Made by a program: the position numbers and the translations under genes. 64,000 bases of DNA. Source: an uncultured Candidatus Rokubacteria bacterium (GTDB lineage Bacteria; Methylomirabilota; Methylomirabilia; Rokubacteriales; DASRDR01). The notes beneath the pieces are model-generated. The model was given only the letters and a program-made list of their open reading frames with translations. It searched no databases and was not told where the DNA came from. This document shows, one piece after another, positions 31,696-43,837 of this stretch (positions within the stretch are counted from its first letter, which is position 1; each line of letters begins with the position of its first letter). The stretch covers positions 132,932-196,931 of the forward strand of contig CAWEXD010000003.1 in NCBI GenBank assembly GCA_963812945.1, in the 5' to 3' direction.

Positions 31696-33378
31696 ATGTC
31701 CTCCGACGAGACGCCCGATTCCCTCGATGCCCTCGCCGACGTGCTGGAGGCGCTCCGCGCGACACGATCGCGCCTCGACAAGCGGCGGCGGCTGGTCGAC
31801 TACCTCCGGACGCTGCCGGACGAGGCGCTCCCGCTGGCGGTGACCTATCTCGGCGGACGCCCGTTCCCTCGGGGAGACGGGCGCACCCTGTCGGTGGGCG
31901 GGGCCACGATCGAGGCGGCGCTGCGGGCGGCGCGGACGGAGCTGACCGACGAGGCCGTCGGCGCCGCCTGGCGCCGGCACGCCGACGCGAGCGACACCGC
32001 CGCCGAGCTGTGGGCGGGCGCCGTGCCGGCCGGGGGGCCGCCGATGCGGCTCGGCGACGTGGCCACGATCTTCGAGGCCCTCCGCGCGGCCCGCGGGCCC
32101 CGGGCCAAGACGGCGCTGCTCGCCGATGCCTTCCGGCGGATGGGCGATCGCGCGATCCGGGCCTTCGTCAAGGCGATGCTCGGTGAGGCGCGGATCGGCG
32201 CCCAGGAGCAGACGCTGGAGGACGCCGTCGCCCACGCGACCGGCCAGCCGATCGAGGCCATCCGGGCCGCGAACCGCCACCGCGCGGACCTGGGCGCCGT
32301 CGCCGTCGAATCCCGCCACGGGCGTCTCGCGCCCGCGCAGTTCGCGTACTTCACGCCCGTCGATCCCATGCTGGCCCAGGCAGCCGTCGATGCCTCGGAC
32401 GCGGTCCGGCGACTGGGGACCCCGCTCTGGGTGGAAGACAAGTACGACGGCGTCCGCTGCCAGCTCCACAAGCTCGACGGGGACGTCCGGCTCTTCTCGC
32501 GGGATCGGCGCGACCTCACCGTGCAGTTCCCGGAGGTCGTGGCCGCGTTCTCGGCCGCCGCCGGGCGGTACGCCCTCGACGGCGAGGTGCTCGCAATGGA
32601 GGACGGCCGGGCCCTCCCCTTCCTCCGCCTCCAGCAGCGGCTGGGGCGGATCGCCCCCACGCCCGAGATCGTGGCGGCGCACCCCGTCGCCTTCGTCGCG
32701 TTCGACTGCCTGGCTCGCGACGAGACGAGTCTCCTGGACGTCCCCCTCCGGGCACGGCGGGCTCTCCTCGAGGCGCTCACGCTGCCCGCCGGGCAGAGCC
32801 TCGCGCCCGTGTGGACAGCGGCGAGCGCCGGGGAGATCGAGACCCTGTTCCAGGCCGCGCAGGCCCGGGGCAACGAGGGGCTCATGGCCAAGCAGCCGGA
32901 GGCGCCGTACGCCTCGGGCCGCCGCGGCGCGCAGTGGCTCAAGCTCAAGCGCCCGCTCGACACCCTGGACGTCGTCGTGGTGGGCGCCGAGTGGGGGCAC
33001 GGCAAGCGCCGGGCCGTGCTCTCGGACCTCACCTTCGCGGTGCGCGACGAGGCGGCGGGCCGCCTGGTGACGATCGGCAAGGCCTACAACGGGCTCACCG
33101 ACGCCGAGATCCGCGCGATGACCGAGCGCCTGCTCGCCCTCACCATCGAGGACCGCGGCCACTACCGGACGGTGGGGCCCGAGATCGTCCTCGAGGTGGC
33201 CTTCAACCACCTGCAGCGCTCCGCGCGCCACGCCTCCGGCTACGCGCTTCGCTTCCCCCGCATCGTGCGGATCCGTCCCGACCGGCAGCCGGAGAACGCG
33301 AGCACGCTCGCCGACGTGGCCCGGCTCGCCGCGGCCGCCGCCACGGGTCCCGGCTCAGGCACGGGCGGCGTGGTCTGA
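31696..33378 (+). CDS. ATP-dependent DNA ligase (LigB/archaeal-type with DNA-binding domain)
   Basis: PMLAQ, EDKYDGVRCQ, LDGEV, FDCL, EGLMAK, WLKLK, LRFPRIVRIRPD. Confidence 0.93.
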   Translation: MSSDETPDSLDALADVLEALRATRSRLDKRRRLVDYLRTLPDEALPLAVTYLGGRPFPRGDGRTLSVGGATIEAALRAARTELTDEAVGAAWRRHADASDTAAELWAGAVPAGGPPMRLGDVATIFEALRAARGPRAKTALLADAFRRMGDRAIRAFVKAMLGEARIGAQEQTLEDAVAHATGQPIEAIRAANRHRADLGAVAVESRHGRLAPAQFAYFTPVDPMLAQAAVDASDAVRRLGTPLWVEDKYDGVRCQLHKLDGDVRLFSRDRRDLTVQFPEVVAAFSAAAGRYALDGEVLAMEDGRALPFLRLQQRLGRIAPTPEIVAAHPVAFVAFDCLARDETSLLDVPLRARRALLEALTLPAGQSLAPVWTAASAGEIETLFQAAQARGNEGLMAKQPEAPYASGRRGAQWLKLKRPLDTLDVVVVGAEWGHGKRRAVLSDLTFAVRDEAAGRLVTIGKAYNGLTDAEIRAMTERLLALTIEDRGHYRTVGPEIVLEVAFNHLQRSARHASGYALRFPRIVRIRPDRQPENASTLADVARLAAAAATGPGSGTGGVV

Positions 33379-33391
33379 GCGCGCCTCGGCG

Positions 33392-34054
33392 TCAGCGCCA
33401 GGCCCAGACCGGCTGCTCGAGATCGTGGACGCGGGTCGGGCGACCGTGCACGACGACCTCCCGCAGCTGGTACAGCACGGCGCCGGTCGGCGCGTGGATG
33501 AGGGTCGACAGGATCGGGATCTGGATCACCGGCCGGTCGCTTTCGGGGATGGTGATGAGGCGGGGGACTCCGGGCTCGTCGAGATCCCTGAGCGGGACCC
33601 GGTGGACGCTCGCCACCTCGCTCGTGTTCGGGGTCAGCTCGACGCGCGCCGCGCTCCACATCACGACCGGCGTGATCACGTAGCCGGAGCGCGTGGCGTA
33701 GTCGTCGAGGAGCCCCAGGACCGAGTCCGGGGCCAGTCGAAGGCCGACCTCTTCGTGGAGCTCGCGCAGCGCCGCGCGTTCCGGGGTTTCGCCCTGGTCG
33801 ATCCGGCCCCCCGGCAAGGCCCACTGGGTCGCGTGGGCGCGGAGGGTCGCCGCCCGCCGCGTCAGGAGAAAGCAGGCGCGCCCCGCGTCGTCCGCCAGCA
33901 GCACCGCGGCCACGGCGGCCGCACGCCGGCCGTCGAGCGCAATGGCGCGGCGCTCGAAGGCGGCCAGATGGCCGCGGGCTCGCGTCCGGAGCGCGTCGTC
34001 GAGCTGCTCCGGCGTCCCGCCCCCCGATCCCGGCGCCGCGAGCGCGCCGTCCAT
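33392..34054 (-). CDS. Nudix hydrolase, CoA pyrophosphatase family
   Basis: LLTRRAATLRAHATQWALPGG, Nudix box GETPERAALRELHEEVG. Confidence 0.9.
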   Translation of the reverse strand: MDGALAAPGSGGGTPEQLDDALRTRARGHLAAFERRAIALDGRRAAAVAAVLLADDAGRACFLLTRRAATLRAHATQWALPGGRIDQGETPERAALRELHEEVGLRLAPDSVLGLLDDYATRSGYVITPVVMWSAARVELTPNTSEVASVHRVPLRDLDEPGVPRLITIPESDRPVIQIPILSTLIHAPTGAVLYQLREVVVHGRPTRVHDLEQPVWAWR

Positions 34055-34083
34055 GTCAGGCCGTCGGGCAGCCGCGGCGCGGA

Positions 34084-34416
34084 CTATTCGCGCTCGCCGC
34101 CCGCGGGACCGTAGAAGACCACCCAGGTGGCGAAGTCCTCGGAGAACTCTTCGAAGCGGTGCTCGACCTTGGCGCCCGCGAAGAGCACGTCGCCGGGCCC
34201 GAAGGCGACGCGCTGGCCCCCCACGAAGAAGGTGCCGCGGCCGCTCGCGACCACGTAGAGCTCGTCCTGGTCATGGGGCGTCTGGAGGTCGGGCCCGCGG
34301 GGCCTGTAGTACCGCAACGTCATGCTGCCGTGCTTCATCAGGAGTGACGAGCGGAATCCCGGGGGGATGGGCGCGACCTTCGCTTCTTCGATCGTGGCGC
34401 GGACCGGCTGGCTCAT
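34084..34416 (-). CDS. Cupin domain protein
   Basis: QTPHDQDELYVVASG, GDVLF...VEHRF. Confidence 0.88.
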   Translation of the reverse strand: MSQPVRATIEEAKVAPIPPGFRSSLLMKHGSMTLRYYRPRGPDLQTPHDQDELYVVASGRGTFFVGGQRVAFGPGDVLFAGAKVEHRFEEFSEDFATWVVFYGPAGGERE

Positions 34417-34452
34417 GCGCGGCCTCCCGTGACGGCTCGATGAGGCTCGATG

Positions 34453-36076
34453 CTAGCACCCGAGCGCGGGCCCGTCCGCGCGGGGGTCTCCGCCCCCGAC
34501 GTAGAGCCCTCCCGGCCCGAGCCGGATCGCCTGGGCGTGGCCCACCGTGTCGCTCCAGGAGTCGAGGCGCCGCACGCCGTGGCCCCGCCGGGCGAGATCC
34601 TCGGCGACCGCATCGCCGAATCGCGCCTCGAGCGCGAGCGCCCGGGTGGGCGCGCCCCAGGTCCGGCCGTACACCCAGCGCGGCGCCTCGATGGCCGCCT
34701 GGGGCTCGAGCCCGAGGTCGACCACGCGCGTCGTGATCGCGACGAGCGTCTGGGGCTGGCCCTCCCCGCCCATCGTCCCCGCGACCAGGAAGGGCCTTCC
34801 GTCGCGGAGGTACATGAAGGGCGTGAGCGTGTGGAAGGGGCGCTTGCCCGGGGCGAGCGTGTTCGGGTGATCCGCGGCGAGGGTGAAGCCCGCGCCCCGG
34901 TTCTGGAGCACGACCCCGGTCTCACCCGCCACCACGCCCGAGCCCCACTCGTGGTAGAGGCTCTGGATCAGCGACACGCAGTTGCCGGCCGCGTCGGCGG
35001 TCACGCACGCGATCGTGTCGCCCCGATCGACGCCCGAGTCCGCGGGGCCGGCCGCGGCGCGATCCATTCGGATGCGCCGGCCGCGGTCCGAGAGATAGGC
35101 CGGGTCGAGGAGCCGCCTGACGGGGACGGTCGCCCGCTCGGGGTCGGCCAGCCAGCGGTCGCGGTCGCCGAAGGCCAGCTTCGTCGCCTCGACGGCGAGG
35201 TGGACGTAGTCGGCGCGATCGCGCCCGACGGCGCTGACGTCGGTCCCCTCGAGCATCCCCAGGACCGCCAGCGCGACCAACCCCTGGCAGGGCGGCGGGA
35301 CGGAGGCGGCGACGCCTCCCCGGTACGGCACGGTGACCGGCTCGACCCAGCGCGAATGGTGAGCGGCGAGGTCCGACGCCCGGAGCGGGCTCCCCACCGC
35401 GAGGCAGGCGCGCCCGATCTCGGCCGCGAGGTCACCCTCGTAGAAGGCCCGGCCCCCCTCGCGGGCGAGCCGGTCGAGCGTGCGCCCGAGCCGCGGCTGG
35501 ACGAGCGGCGACCCGGGGGCCGGCACCGCGCCGCCGTCGAGGTACGTGGCGCGAAACGGGGCGAACGCCGGCTCGACCGCGGCGAGGAGATCGGCCGCCC
35601 CCCCCGTGACGCGCGCTTGGCATGGCGAGACGGGAATGCCGTCCGCCGCGTGCCGGATCGCGGCCTGGAGGAGGTCTCCCCAGGGGAGCGTCGACCCGAG
35701 CCGCTCGCGGCTGAACCGATGAGCCGTCCACAGTCCATCGACGGCGCCGGGCACCGTGAGCGCCGCCAGCGGCCCGCGAGCGGGGATCTCGGTGAGGCCG
35801 CGCTGGCGATAGAGGTCGGGCGTGGCGGCCGCCGCGGCCGCGCCCGCCGCCTGGAGCGCCCCGAGCCGAGCGGCCCGCGCGTCCCAGCAGAGCCAGAAGC
35901 TGTCCCCCCCGAGCCCGGTCATGTGCGGGTACACGACCGCCAGGGTCGCGCCGACGGCCACGGCGGCGTCGACCGCAGTGCCGCCGCGCTGGAGCACTTC
36001 GAGCCCGGCGACGGTGGCGAGGGGATGCGGAGAGGCGACGATCCCGCGGCGCCCGAGGGCGGCGGGCCAGCGGGTC

Positions 36077-36084
<8 letters not shown>
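34453..36084 (-). CDS. Gamma-glutamyltransferase family protein
   Basis: GGTAVDAAVA, GLGGDSF, GDT nucleophile, LQNRG, KRPFHTL, GTMGGEGQPQ, DPRADG. Confidence 0.93.
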
Positions 36085-37468
<1,384 letters not shown>

Positions 37469-37483
37469 GGATCGTCCTCGGTC

Positions 37484-39850
37484 TCACGCCGGGCCCGGGT
37501 CCCTCGGCGCCCCGGCCACGTCCAGGGCGGACGCCGGAACCGCCGGGGCGCTCCCGCGGAGGATCGGCAGCTCGATGGAGAACTGGGTGCCGCGCGGTGC
37601 ATGGTCCTCGACCCGGATCCGGCCGCCGTGGTCGGACACGATCTGGTGCACGATGGGGAGACCGAGTCCCATCCCCGTCGTCTTCGTCGAGAAGTACGGG
37701 AGGAAGACGCGATCGCGGAGGTCGGACGGAATCCCGGGCCCGTCGTCGGTGATCACGATCCGGATGTGCTCCCCGCCGTCCCATCCCGTCGCGATCATGA
37801 CCTCGGTCGCCCCGGCCTCGACCGCATTGTCGACCAGGTTGAGGAGGGCCCGCTTGAGCTGGTCCCCGTCGGCCTCGATCGTCGGAAGGTCGCCGGCCAG
37901 ATCCCCGCGGAGGCGCACCGTCGGGTGCGTCTCGCCGTAGAGCCCGACGACGCTCTCGACCAGGCGCTGGAGGTCCGTCGGCCTCGGCGTGAAGCTCGGC
38001 ATGCGGGCGAAGCGCGAGAACTCGTCCACCAGGCGGCGGAGCCCCTCGACCTCGCCGATGATCGTCGCGGTGCACTCCTCCAGGAGCCCGCCGTCGTCGG
38101 GGAGGCGCCCGCTCAGGCGACGCCGGAGGCGCTGCGCCGACAGCTGGATCGGGGTGAGCGGGTTCTTGATCTCGTGGGCGATCCGCTGGGCCACCTCCCG
38201 CCAGGCGGCGAGCCGCTGGGCGTCCAGGAGCTCCGTGAGATCGTCGAAGACGAGGACGATGCCGAGGTGCTCGCCCTCGGGTCCCCCGAGCGCAGTGAGG
38301 CTCGCGAGCAGCGTGAGGCTCTTCCCGTCGAGCGGGACCTGGAGCTCACGCTCCACCGTGCCGGCCCGGAGCCGCTCCATCCGCTGCATCAGGGTCACGA
38401 GATCCCGGTAAGGCGGGGCGCCGAACGCCACGGCGAAGTGCCGGCCGACGGTGGCCGTCGGCGCCAGGCCAAGCATGCGGCCGGCGGCGCGGTTCACCGT
38501 GGTCACGATCCCGTCCGCGTCCGTCGAGACGACGCCGGTCGCCACGGCCTCCAGCACGGTCTCGGTGTACCGGCGCCGCTCGGTGAGCTCCGCATGCTTC
38601 GCCTGAAGGTCACCGTAGGCCTGCTCGAGCTGCGCCTTCGAGGACTTGAGGTCTTGCGTCATCTGGTTGAAGGACTCCACCAGGATGCCGACCTCGTCGT
38701 CCGCCTGCGCGGTGACGCGGAAGTCCAGGTTGCCGGCCGCGACCTCCCGCGTCCCCTGGGCGAGGAGCTGGATGGGCACCGTGATGCCGCGGGCGAGGTA
38801 GAGGCCGAACCACGTGACGGAGAACACGATGACGAGGGTCATCAGAAGGAACAGCAGGATGTAGATGCCCTTGATCGGCTGCCGGAGGAGCTTCAGCTGC
38901 TTGTACTCCTGGAAGGCCTGGGCGATGCTCCGCACCTGCGCCTCGAGGCGCTGCGGCACGTGGATCGCCACGACGGCGGCGCCGACGACACGCGGGGGAT
39001 CGCCGGGCGCCACCACGGGCACCATGCCCTGGATGAGGTCGCCGGTCGAGATCTCGCGTCGCGTGGACAGCTCGCGTCCCGCCAGGGCCATCCGGACCTG
39101 CTCGGAGTTGACCGCGGTCTCGAGCGAGGGGATCAGGACGGGGTCGTTCACGTGCACGACCTCGTGGCCCGAGACACCGTACACGGCAAGACCGGCCAGA
39201 CCGTACTGCTCGGCCTGCTCCTGGAGGAACTCGATCAGGTCCTCGCGCCGATCCTCGGTCAGGAGCCCGTCCCGCATGACCGTGCGCGCGACGTACTGGC
39301 CGTGGCGGACCGCCTCGTCCTGGACGCGCTCGTAGAAGGTCTGCGCCACCCGCATCGACTCGTCCAGCGGGCGCTCGACCTGGATCTGGAACCACCCCTC
39401 GATCGACGTGTTGATGAGATTGGACGCGATCAGGAAGATCAGGATGGCCGGCGCCAGCGCGAGCGAGAGGAAGGCAACCACGAGCTTGGTCTTGAAGCGG
39501 GAGCCCAGGATCTTGTTGCGGCGCTCGAACCACAGCTTGACCAGGTTGCGGAACAGGAGGATCAGGAGCAGGAGGAAGACGATCAGGTTGAGGTTGAAGA
39601 GCGCGATGACGACGACGTTCGACGCCACCGGGATGTCGGGCATCCGGATGCCGACCTCGACCGCCGTCGCCACCACGAGCACGAAGAGGACGGCGGCGAT
39701 GATGACGAGGTTGCGCTTGCGCTTCTCCCGGTCGTCGGGCGGCCGGACGACAGGCAGTGGCGGCGGCGGCAGCGGTGGCGACGAGGGAAGCGGGACCGGC
39801 GGGCTCATCGGGCCGCCTCCGGTGGCCGGGCCGGGCGCGGGCGCGCTCAT
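37484..39850 (-). CDS. NtrY-like membrane sensor histidine kinase (HAMP-PAS-HisKA-HATPase)
   Basis: AWREVAQRIAHEIKNPLTPIQLSAQR, NLVDNA, DDGPG, PYFSTK, GMGLGL; ATG 39850 overlaps upstream stop. Confidence 0.92.
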   Translation of the reverse strand: MSAPAPGPATGGGPMSPPVPLPSSPPLPPPPLPVVRPPDDREKRKRNLVIIAAVLFVLVVATAVEVGIRMPDIPVASNVVVIALFNLNLIVFLLLLILLFRNLVKLWFERRNKILGSRFKTKLVVAFLSLALAPAILIFLIASNLINTSIEGWFQIQVERPLDESMRVAQTFYERVQDEAVRHGQYVARTVMRDGLLTEDRREDLIEFLQEQAEQYGLAGLAVYGVSGHEVVHVNDPVLIPSLETAVNSEQVRMALAGRELSTRREISTGDLIQGMVPVVAPGDPPRVVGAAVVAIHVPQRLEAQVRSIAQAFQEYKQLKLLRQPIKGIYILLFLLMTLVIVFSVTWFGLYLARGITVPIQLLAQGTREVAAGNLDFRVTAQADDEVGILVESFNQMTQDLKSSKAQLEQAYGDLQAKHAELTERRRYTETVLEAVATGVVSTDADGIVTTVNRAAGRMLGLAPTATVGRHFAVAFGAPPYRDLVTLMQRMERLRAGTVERELQVPLDGKSLTLLASLTALGGPEGEHLGIVLVFDDLTELLDAQRLAAWREVAQRIAHEIKNPLTPIQLSAQRLRRRLSGRLPDDGGLLEECTATIIGEVEGLRRLVDEFSRFARMPSFTPRPTDLQRLVESVVGLYGETHPTVRLRGDLAGDLPTIEADGDQLKRALLNLVDNAVEAGATEVMIATGWDGGEHIRIVITDDGPGIPSDLRDRVFLPYFSTKTTGMGLGLPIVHQIVSDHGGRIRVEDHAPRGTQFSIELPILRGSAPAVPASALDVAGAPRDPGPA

Positions 39851-40437
39851 CGGGCCCGCCGGAGCGTCAGGAGCGGCGTCTGCTCCCACGGGGTCTCCGC
39901 CCTGGAGGAGACGAACGGCAGGATCCGGGAAACCGAGGAGTCCGGCGCCCCGGACCGGACCTCGGCCCGCACGCGGACGTAGTAGAGATCGTCGAGGTTG
40001 AGGTGGCCCATCGGGGTCAGCTTGAAGGCCCGGACCTCCGATAGCACGCGCTCGGCCTCCCAGACGTCACGCGTGACGTAGGGCTCCCGCTCCTCGCCCT
40101 GGACGGGCGAGACGCGGAACTCCTTGGTCAGGACGTCGTAGACGACCTGGCGCTCCACCAGCTTCGCGACGACCCGGCGGTCGACCCACCAGGAGCTGTA
40201 CTGCCAGAGCTCGAGCTGGAAGCGCACGGCGGCCGGGATCCCGGTGCCGAGCCCCTCGACGATGCCGTTGGGCATGGCCCCCAGCAGGACCAGGTTGACC
40301 AAGAGGACGCTGTCGGAGTTCGTGACCACCAGATTCGAGATCCGGAAGGGCGCCCCAGCGCCCCCCGCCGTACCGGCCGCCAGCAGGAGCCCCAGCGCCA
40401 CTGCCAGGATTCCGGCCGGCCAGCGCCCCCTGGACAT
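39847..40437 (-). CDS. Exported DUF4390-like protein
   Basis: Signal peptide; position immediately upstream of ntrY; TATAAT 8 nt before the ATG. Confidence 0.7.
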   Translation of the reverse strand: MSRGRWPAGILAVALGLLLAAGTAGGAGAPFRISNLVVTNSDSVLLVNLVLLGAMPNGIVEGLGTGIPAAVRFQLELWQYSSWWVDRRVVAKLVERQVVYDVLTKEFRVSPVQGEEREPYVTRDVWEAERVLSEVRAFKLTPMGHLNLDDLYYVRVRAEVRSGAPDSSVSRILPFVSSRAETPWEQTPLLTLRRAR

Positions 40438-40521
40438 AGCAGAGCATTATAGCGCCTGGCTCCGGACGGGGCGCGCCGCGCGGCCGCGGCAGCAGAGGGG
40501 AACGAGGGGGAGGCGGTCGCC

Positions 40522-41451
40522 TCAGTGGGCGGCGACGCGCGGGCGCCGCCGGGTCGCGCCCTCCCAGGGCGCCTCCACCGCGAGGGGGCCGCGGCGCGGA
40601 GCCGCGTCTTCCCACCGTCGCGCGGCCTTCACGATCTCGCGGACCAGGAGATGGTTGAGGGCGTGGCCCGCATTCCGCGCCACGACGTGGCCCAGGACCG
40701 GACGCCCCACCAGGGCAAGATCCCCGATCACGTCCAGGATCTTGTGCCGGACGAACTCGTCGCGGAACCGCAGGGTCCCGTTCAGCACCCGCTCCTGCCC
40801 CACCACGACGGCATTGGACAGCGATCCCCCCAGGGCCAGGCCTTGCTGGCGGAGAAGCTCGAGGTCCTTCAGGAAGCCGTAGGTGCGCGCCGGCGCGAGC
40901 TCCTCGACGAACACGCGCTCGCTCGGCACGAAGGACGCGACCTGGACGCCGACCGCCGGGTGCTCGTGATCCAGCGTGTAGCTGATGCGGAAGTCCGCCG
41001 CCGGCAGGATCTGGAGCCAGCGGTGCTCGTCGCCCACGCGGAGCGGCTCCGCCACCCTGAGTGGCGACCGTCGCACCGCAGCCTGGGCCTCGCGCCCCGC
41101 CGCATAGAGGAGCGACACGAACGGCGCCGCGCTCCCGTCCATCGCGGGAAGCTCGGGCCCGTCCAGCTCGATCAGGAGGTTGTCGATCCCGATCCCGCGG
41201 ACCGCCGCGAGCAGGTGCTCGACGGTCTGGAGCTGGACCCCGTTGGCGCCGCCAACACCGATCGTGGTCGCGTAGTGACCGTTGAGCAGCGACTCCGGAC
41301 ACACCGGCACCGGCACGCGCTCGGGGCCGACGACGAAGACGAGGCCGTGATCAGGAGGGGCCGGGTGGACCGTCATCGTGACCCGGACCCCGGTGTGCAG
41401 GCCGACGCCGTCGCAACTCACCGACTTCCGGATCGAGTGCTGGAGCTCCAT
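40522..41451 (-). CDS. lpxC: UDP-3-O-acyl-GlcNAc deacetylase
   Basis: GVGLHTG, TVEHLLAA, ELPAMDGSA, ARTYGF, EFVRHKILDVIGDL, GHALN. Confidence 0.96.
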   Translation of the reverse strand: MELQHSIRKSVSCDGVGLHTGVRVTMTVHPAPPDHGLVFVVGPERVPVPVCPESLLNGHYATTIGVGGANGVQLQTVEHLLAAVRGIGIDNLLIELDGPELPAMDGSAAPFVSLLYAAGREAQAAVRRSPLRVAEPLRVGDEHRWLQILPAADFRISYTLDHEHPAVGVQVASFVPSERVFVEELAPARTYGFLKDLELLRQQGLALGGSLSNAVVVGQERVLNGTLRFRDEFVRHKILDVIGDLALVGRPVLGHVVARNAGHALNHLLVREIVKAARRWEDAAPRRGPLAVEAPWEGATRRRPRVAAH

Positions 41452-41488
41452 CGGTCAGGGACCCTCCACGTCCCGGGCGGGGAAGGAA

Positions 41489-41504
41489 CGCAAGTCCAGT
41501 GCCA
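41489..41504 (-). promoter_or_regulatory. sigma54 -24/-12 promoter upstream of lpxC
   Basis: TGGCAC-TGGAC-TTGCG, full consensus, 37 nt before the ATG. Confidence 0.82.
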
Positions 41505-41654
41505 GGACTGTCGGCTTCGATGGACGCTCGTAAGTGGCCAGAATCGAAAGGGTACCGTCCCAGGCTCCTCCGGGGCCGCCGGGATCTTCTCCCCAGTCGT
41601 TGCATGAGATCAGCATCCAAAGACCGCCAGTGTTTCTCATCCGTAATAGGCGCG

Positions 41655-42077
41655 TCAGATGTCGAGTATAACCCGGGCACTGACCTGGCCCGGCGTCTCG
41701 ATGACCTCGAGGCCGTGAAAGGTGGCGGCCTTCACGACCGTGCCGAGGGGGTGCCGCGCCGGGTCCACGGGCTCGCCGTGGAGGATTCCGTGCACGCTCG
41801 CGGCGGTGACCGCGGGCGACGTCACGTCCCTGATGACGAAGCCCTCGATGTCGTGGACGTAGAGGCACTCGTTGAGCCAGTTCACCAGGAGGACGTCGGC
41901 CGACGCGCCCCGCGCCGCAACCTCGCGGCTCTCCACCGCCCGGACGGCCTCGGTGGGCACGATCAGGTTGAAGACCCCGAGAGCGCACTGCCGGAGACAC
42001 GCTCCGAGATCCTGCCCCCACGCGTGGACGCCGACGTCCGCGGCCACGTCGAAGTACTCGTAGCCCTCGCCCGTCAC
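41655..42077 (-). CDS. Archease
   Basis: YEYFDVAADVGV, LLVNWLNE, GEPVD, VKAATFHGL, VILDI C-terminus. Confidence 0.88.
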   Translation of the reverse strand: MTGEGYEYFDVAADVGVHAWGQDLGACLRQCALGVFNLIVPTEAVRAVESREVAARGASADVLLVNWLNECLYVHDIEGFVIRDVTSPAVTAASVHGILHGEPVDPARHPLGTVVKAATFHGLEVIETPGQVSARVILDI

Positions 42078-42850
42078 GGCGCGCCGGCGGCCTGGGGGCT
42101 GGATCCGCGTCCCGGCCCCCCCAGATCCCCGAACAGGTACTGACAGAGCGCGACGGCGGCGAGCCCGGCGGACTCCGCCCGGAGGGTCCGGGGTCCCAGG
42201 CTCACGAGGCGAGCCCCCGCATCCTCGGCCAGCGCGACCTCTTCGGCCGTGAAGCCCCCCTCGGGGCCAACCAGGAGGAGCGCGGTGGCCGGCCGGCCGG
42301 CCGCGGCCGCCGCCTCGGCCAGCGCCAGGCCGCCGCCTTCCCAGCAAACCCAAGCCACGTCGTGTGTCGGCACTTCGCGCACGACGTCGGCAAAGGTGCG
42401 CGGCCGGTCGATGGCCGGGACGACCACCCGCCCGCTCTGCTTCACCGCCTCCCGCGCGATCCGTTCCCAGCGCCCGAGGCGGGCCGCCGCCCCGCCGGCG
42501 GGCCGGGCCACCACGCGCGCGGTCTCCGTCGGGATGATTCGCGACACGCCCAGCTCCGTGGCCTTCTGGACGAGCCAGCTCATCCGGTCGCCCTTCAAGA
42601 TCGCCTGGGCCAGCGTGAGGGCGCACGGCGATTCGCGCCCGGGCTCCGCGCGCCCCTCGATCGTGCCCCACGCGCCGGTCGCGTCGAGCGCGGCCAGGCG
42701 CACGGTGTAGAGGTGACCGGCCCCGTCCGTCGCGTCGACGAGGCCTCCGGGGCGGAGGCGCAGCACGCGTCCGAGATGGTGGGCCTCATCGGCATCGAAT
42801 CGGACGCGGTCCGCGCCGACGGCCTCGGGGCGCACGAAGACCCTGGGCAC
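42074..42850 (-). CDS. rsmE: 16S rRNA m3U1498 methyltransferase RsmE
   Basis: HHLGRVLRL, KATELGV, EAVKQSGR, VGPEGGF, LGPRTLRAESA. Confidence 0.94.
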   Translation of the reverse strand: MPRVFVRPEAVGADRVRFDADEAHHLGRVLRLRPGGLVDATDGAGHLYTVRLAALDATGAWGTIEGRAEPGRESPCALTLAQAILKGDRMSWLVQKATELGVSRIIPTETARVVARPAGGAAARLGRWERIAREAVKQSGRVVVPAIDRPRTFADVVREVPTHDVAWVCWEGGGLALAEAAAAAGRPATALLLVGPEGGFTAEEVALAEDAGARLVSLGPRTLRAESAGLAAVALCQYLFGDLGGPGRGSSPQAAGAP

Positions 42851-42884
42851 CGCCCGCTCACCCGGCCACGCGCCGCACGTGCCC

Positions 42885-43793
42885 TCATCCTCCACGACGG
42901 AGGAGGAGCGTGCCCCATCCGTCGTGCTCGCCGACCTCGACGAGCCAGCACCCGGCCGCCGCGAAGGCGCCGGCCACCGCCGGAACCTCGTGGACGAGCA
43001 GACCCCCCGCGATCAGGGTCCCCCCGGGCGCGGTCAACTCGGTGAGGGTGGGCGCGAGCGTCAGGTGCGCGGCCCCGAGGAGGTTGGCCAGGACGAGCGG
43101 CGCCGGCGGCCCCGCCCATGCGTCGACGGCGGCCACCGCGGCGTGCACCCGATCCGCCACGGCATTGCGCTGGGCATTCTCCTCGGTCGCGGCCACCGCG
43201 TCCGGATCCATGTCGATCGCGTCGACCCGGGGAACCCCGAGCTGGGCCGCCGCGATGGCAAGGATGCCCGACCCGCAGCCGACGTCCAGAGCGCGGGACA
43301 CCGCCACGCCGTCGAGCGCACGCTCCAGGAGCTCGAGGCAGCCGCGCGTCGACCCGTGACTGCCGGTACCGAAGGCGCGCCCGGGCTCGATCAAGAGGAC
43401 CCTGCGGCCGCTCGCCAGCACCGGGTCCGGCGCCTCCCACGGCGGGCAGACGAGGAGTCTCCGGCCCACGGACACGGGCCGGAAGTGGGCGCGCCAGGCA
43501 TCCGCCCACGGCTCGTCCGGAAGCGGGGCGACGGCGACGCGCGGCGCGACGCCGGGCAGCCCGAGCGCGGCCAGGTCGTCCAGGTAGTGGCGGAGACTCC
43601 CGGCCAGCGTCGCCGCCTCGGTACCCGGGGGAAAGAACGCGCGGAGCGCGGCCCCCTCCTCGATGACGCCGACGGCGCCCAGCTCCCACAGGCGATTCGT
43701 GACGGCCTCGGTCGTCTCGGGGGCATCGGTCCCGAGGGTCACGGTGAGATCCCAGTAGGCGGCGGCCGCCGGGTCGGCGGGCTTCGGCAGCAC
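42885..43793 (-). CDS. prmA: Ribosomal protein L11 methyltransferase
   Basis: WADAWRAHF, IEPGRAFGTGSHGST, LDVGCGSGILAI. Confidence 0.93.
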   Translation of the reverse strand: MLPKPADPAAAAYWDLTVTLGTDAPETTEAVTNRLWELGAVGVIEEGAALRAFFPPGTEAATLAGSLRHYLDDLAALGLPGVAPRVAVAPLPDEPWADAWRAHFRPVSVGRRLLVCPPWEAPDPVLASGRRVLLIEPGRAFGTGSHGSTRGCLELLERALDGVAVSRALDVGCGSGILAIAAAQLGVPRVDAIDMDPDAVAATEENAQRNAVADRVHAAVAAVDAWAGPPAPLVLANLLGAAHLTLAPTLTELTAPGGTLIAGGLLVHEVPAVAGAFAAAGCWLVEVGEHDGWGTLLLRRGG

Positions 43794-43837
43794 GCCCGTA
43801 GCCTACCGCCCGCTGGTGGCCTTGTCCCGCGGAATCG

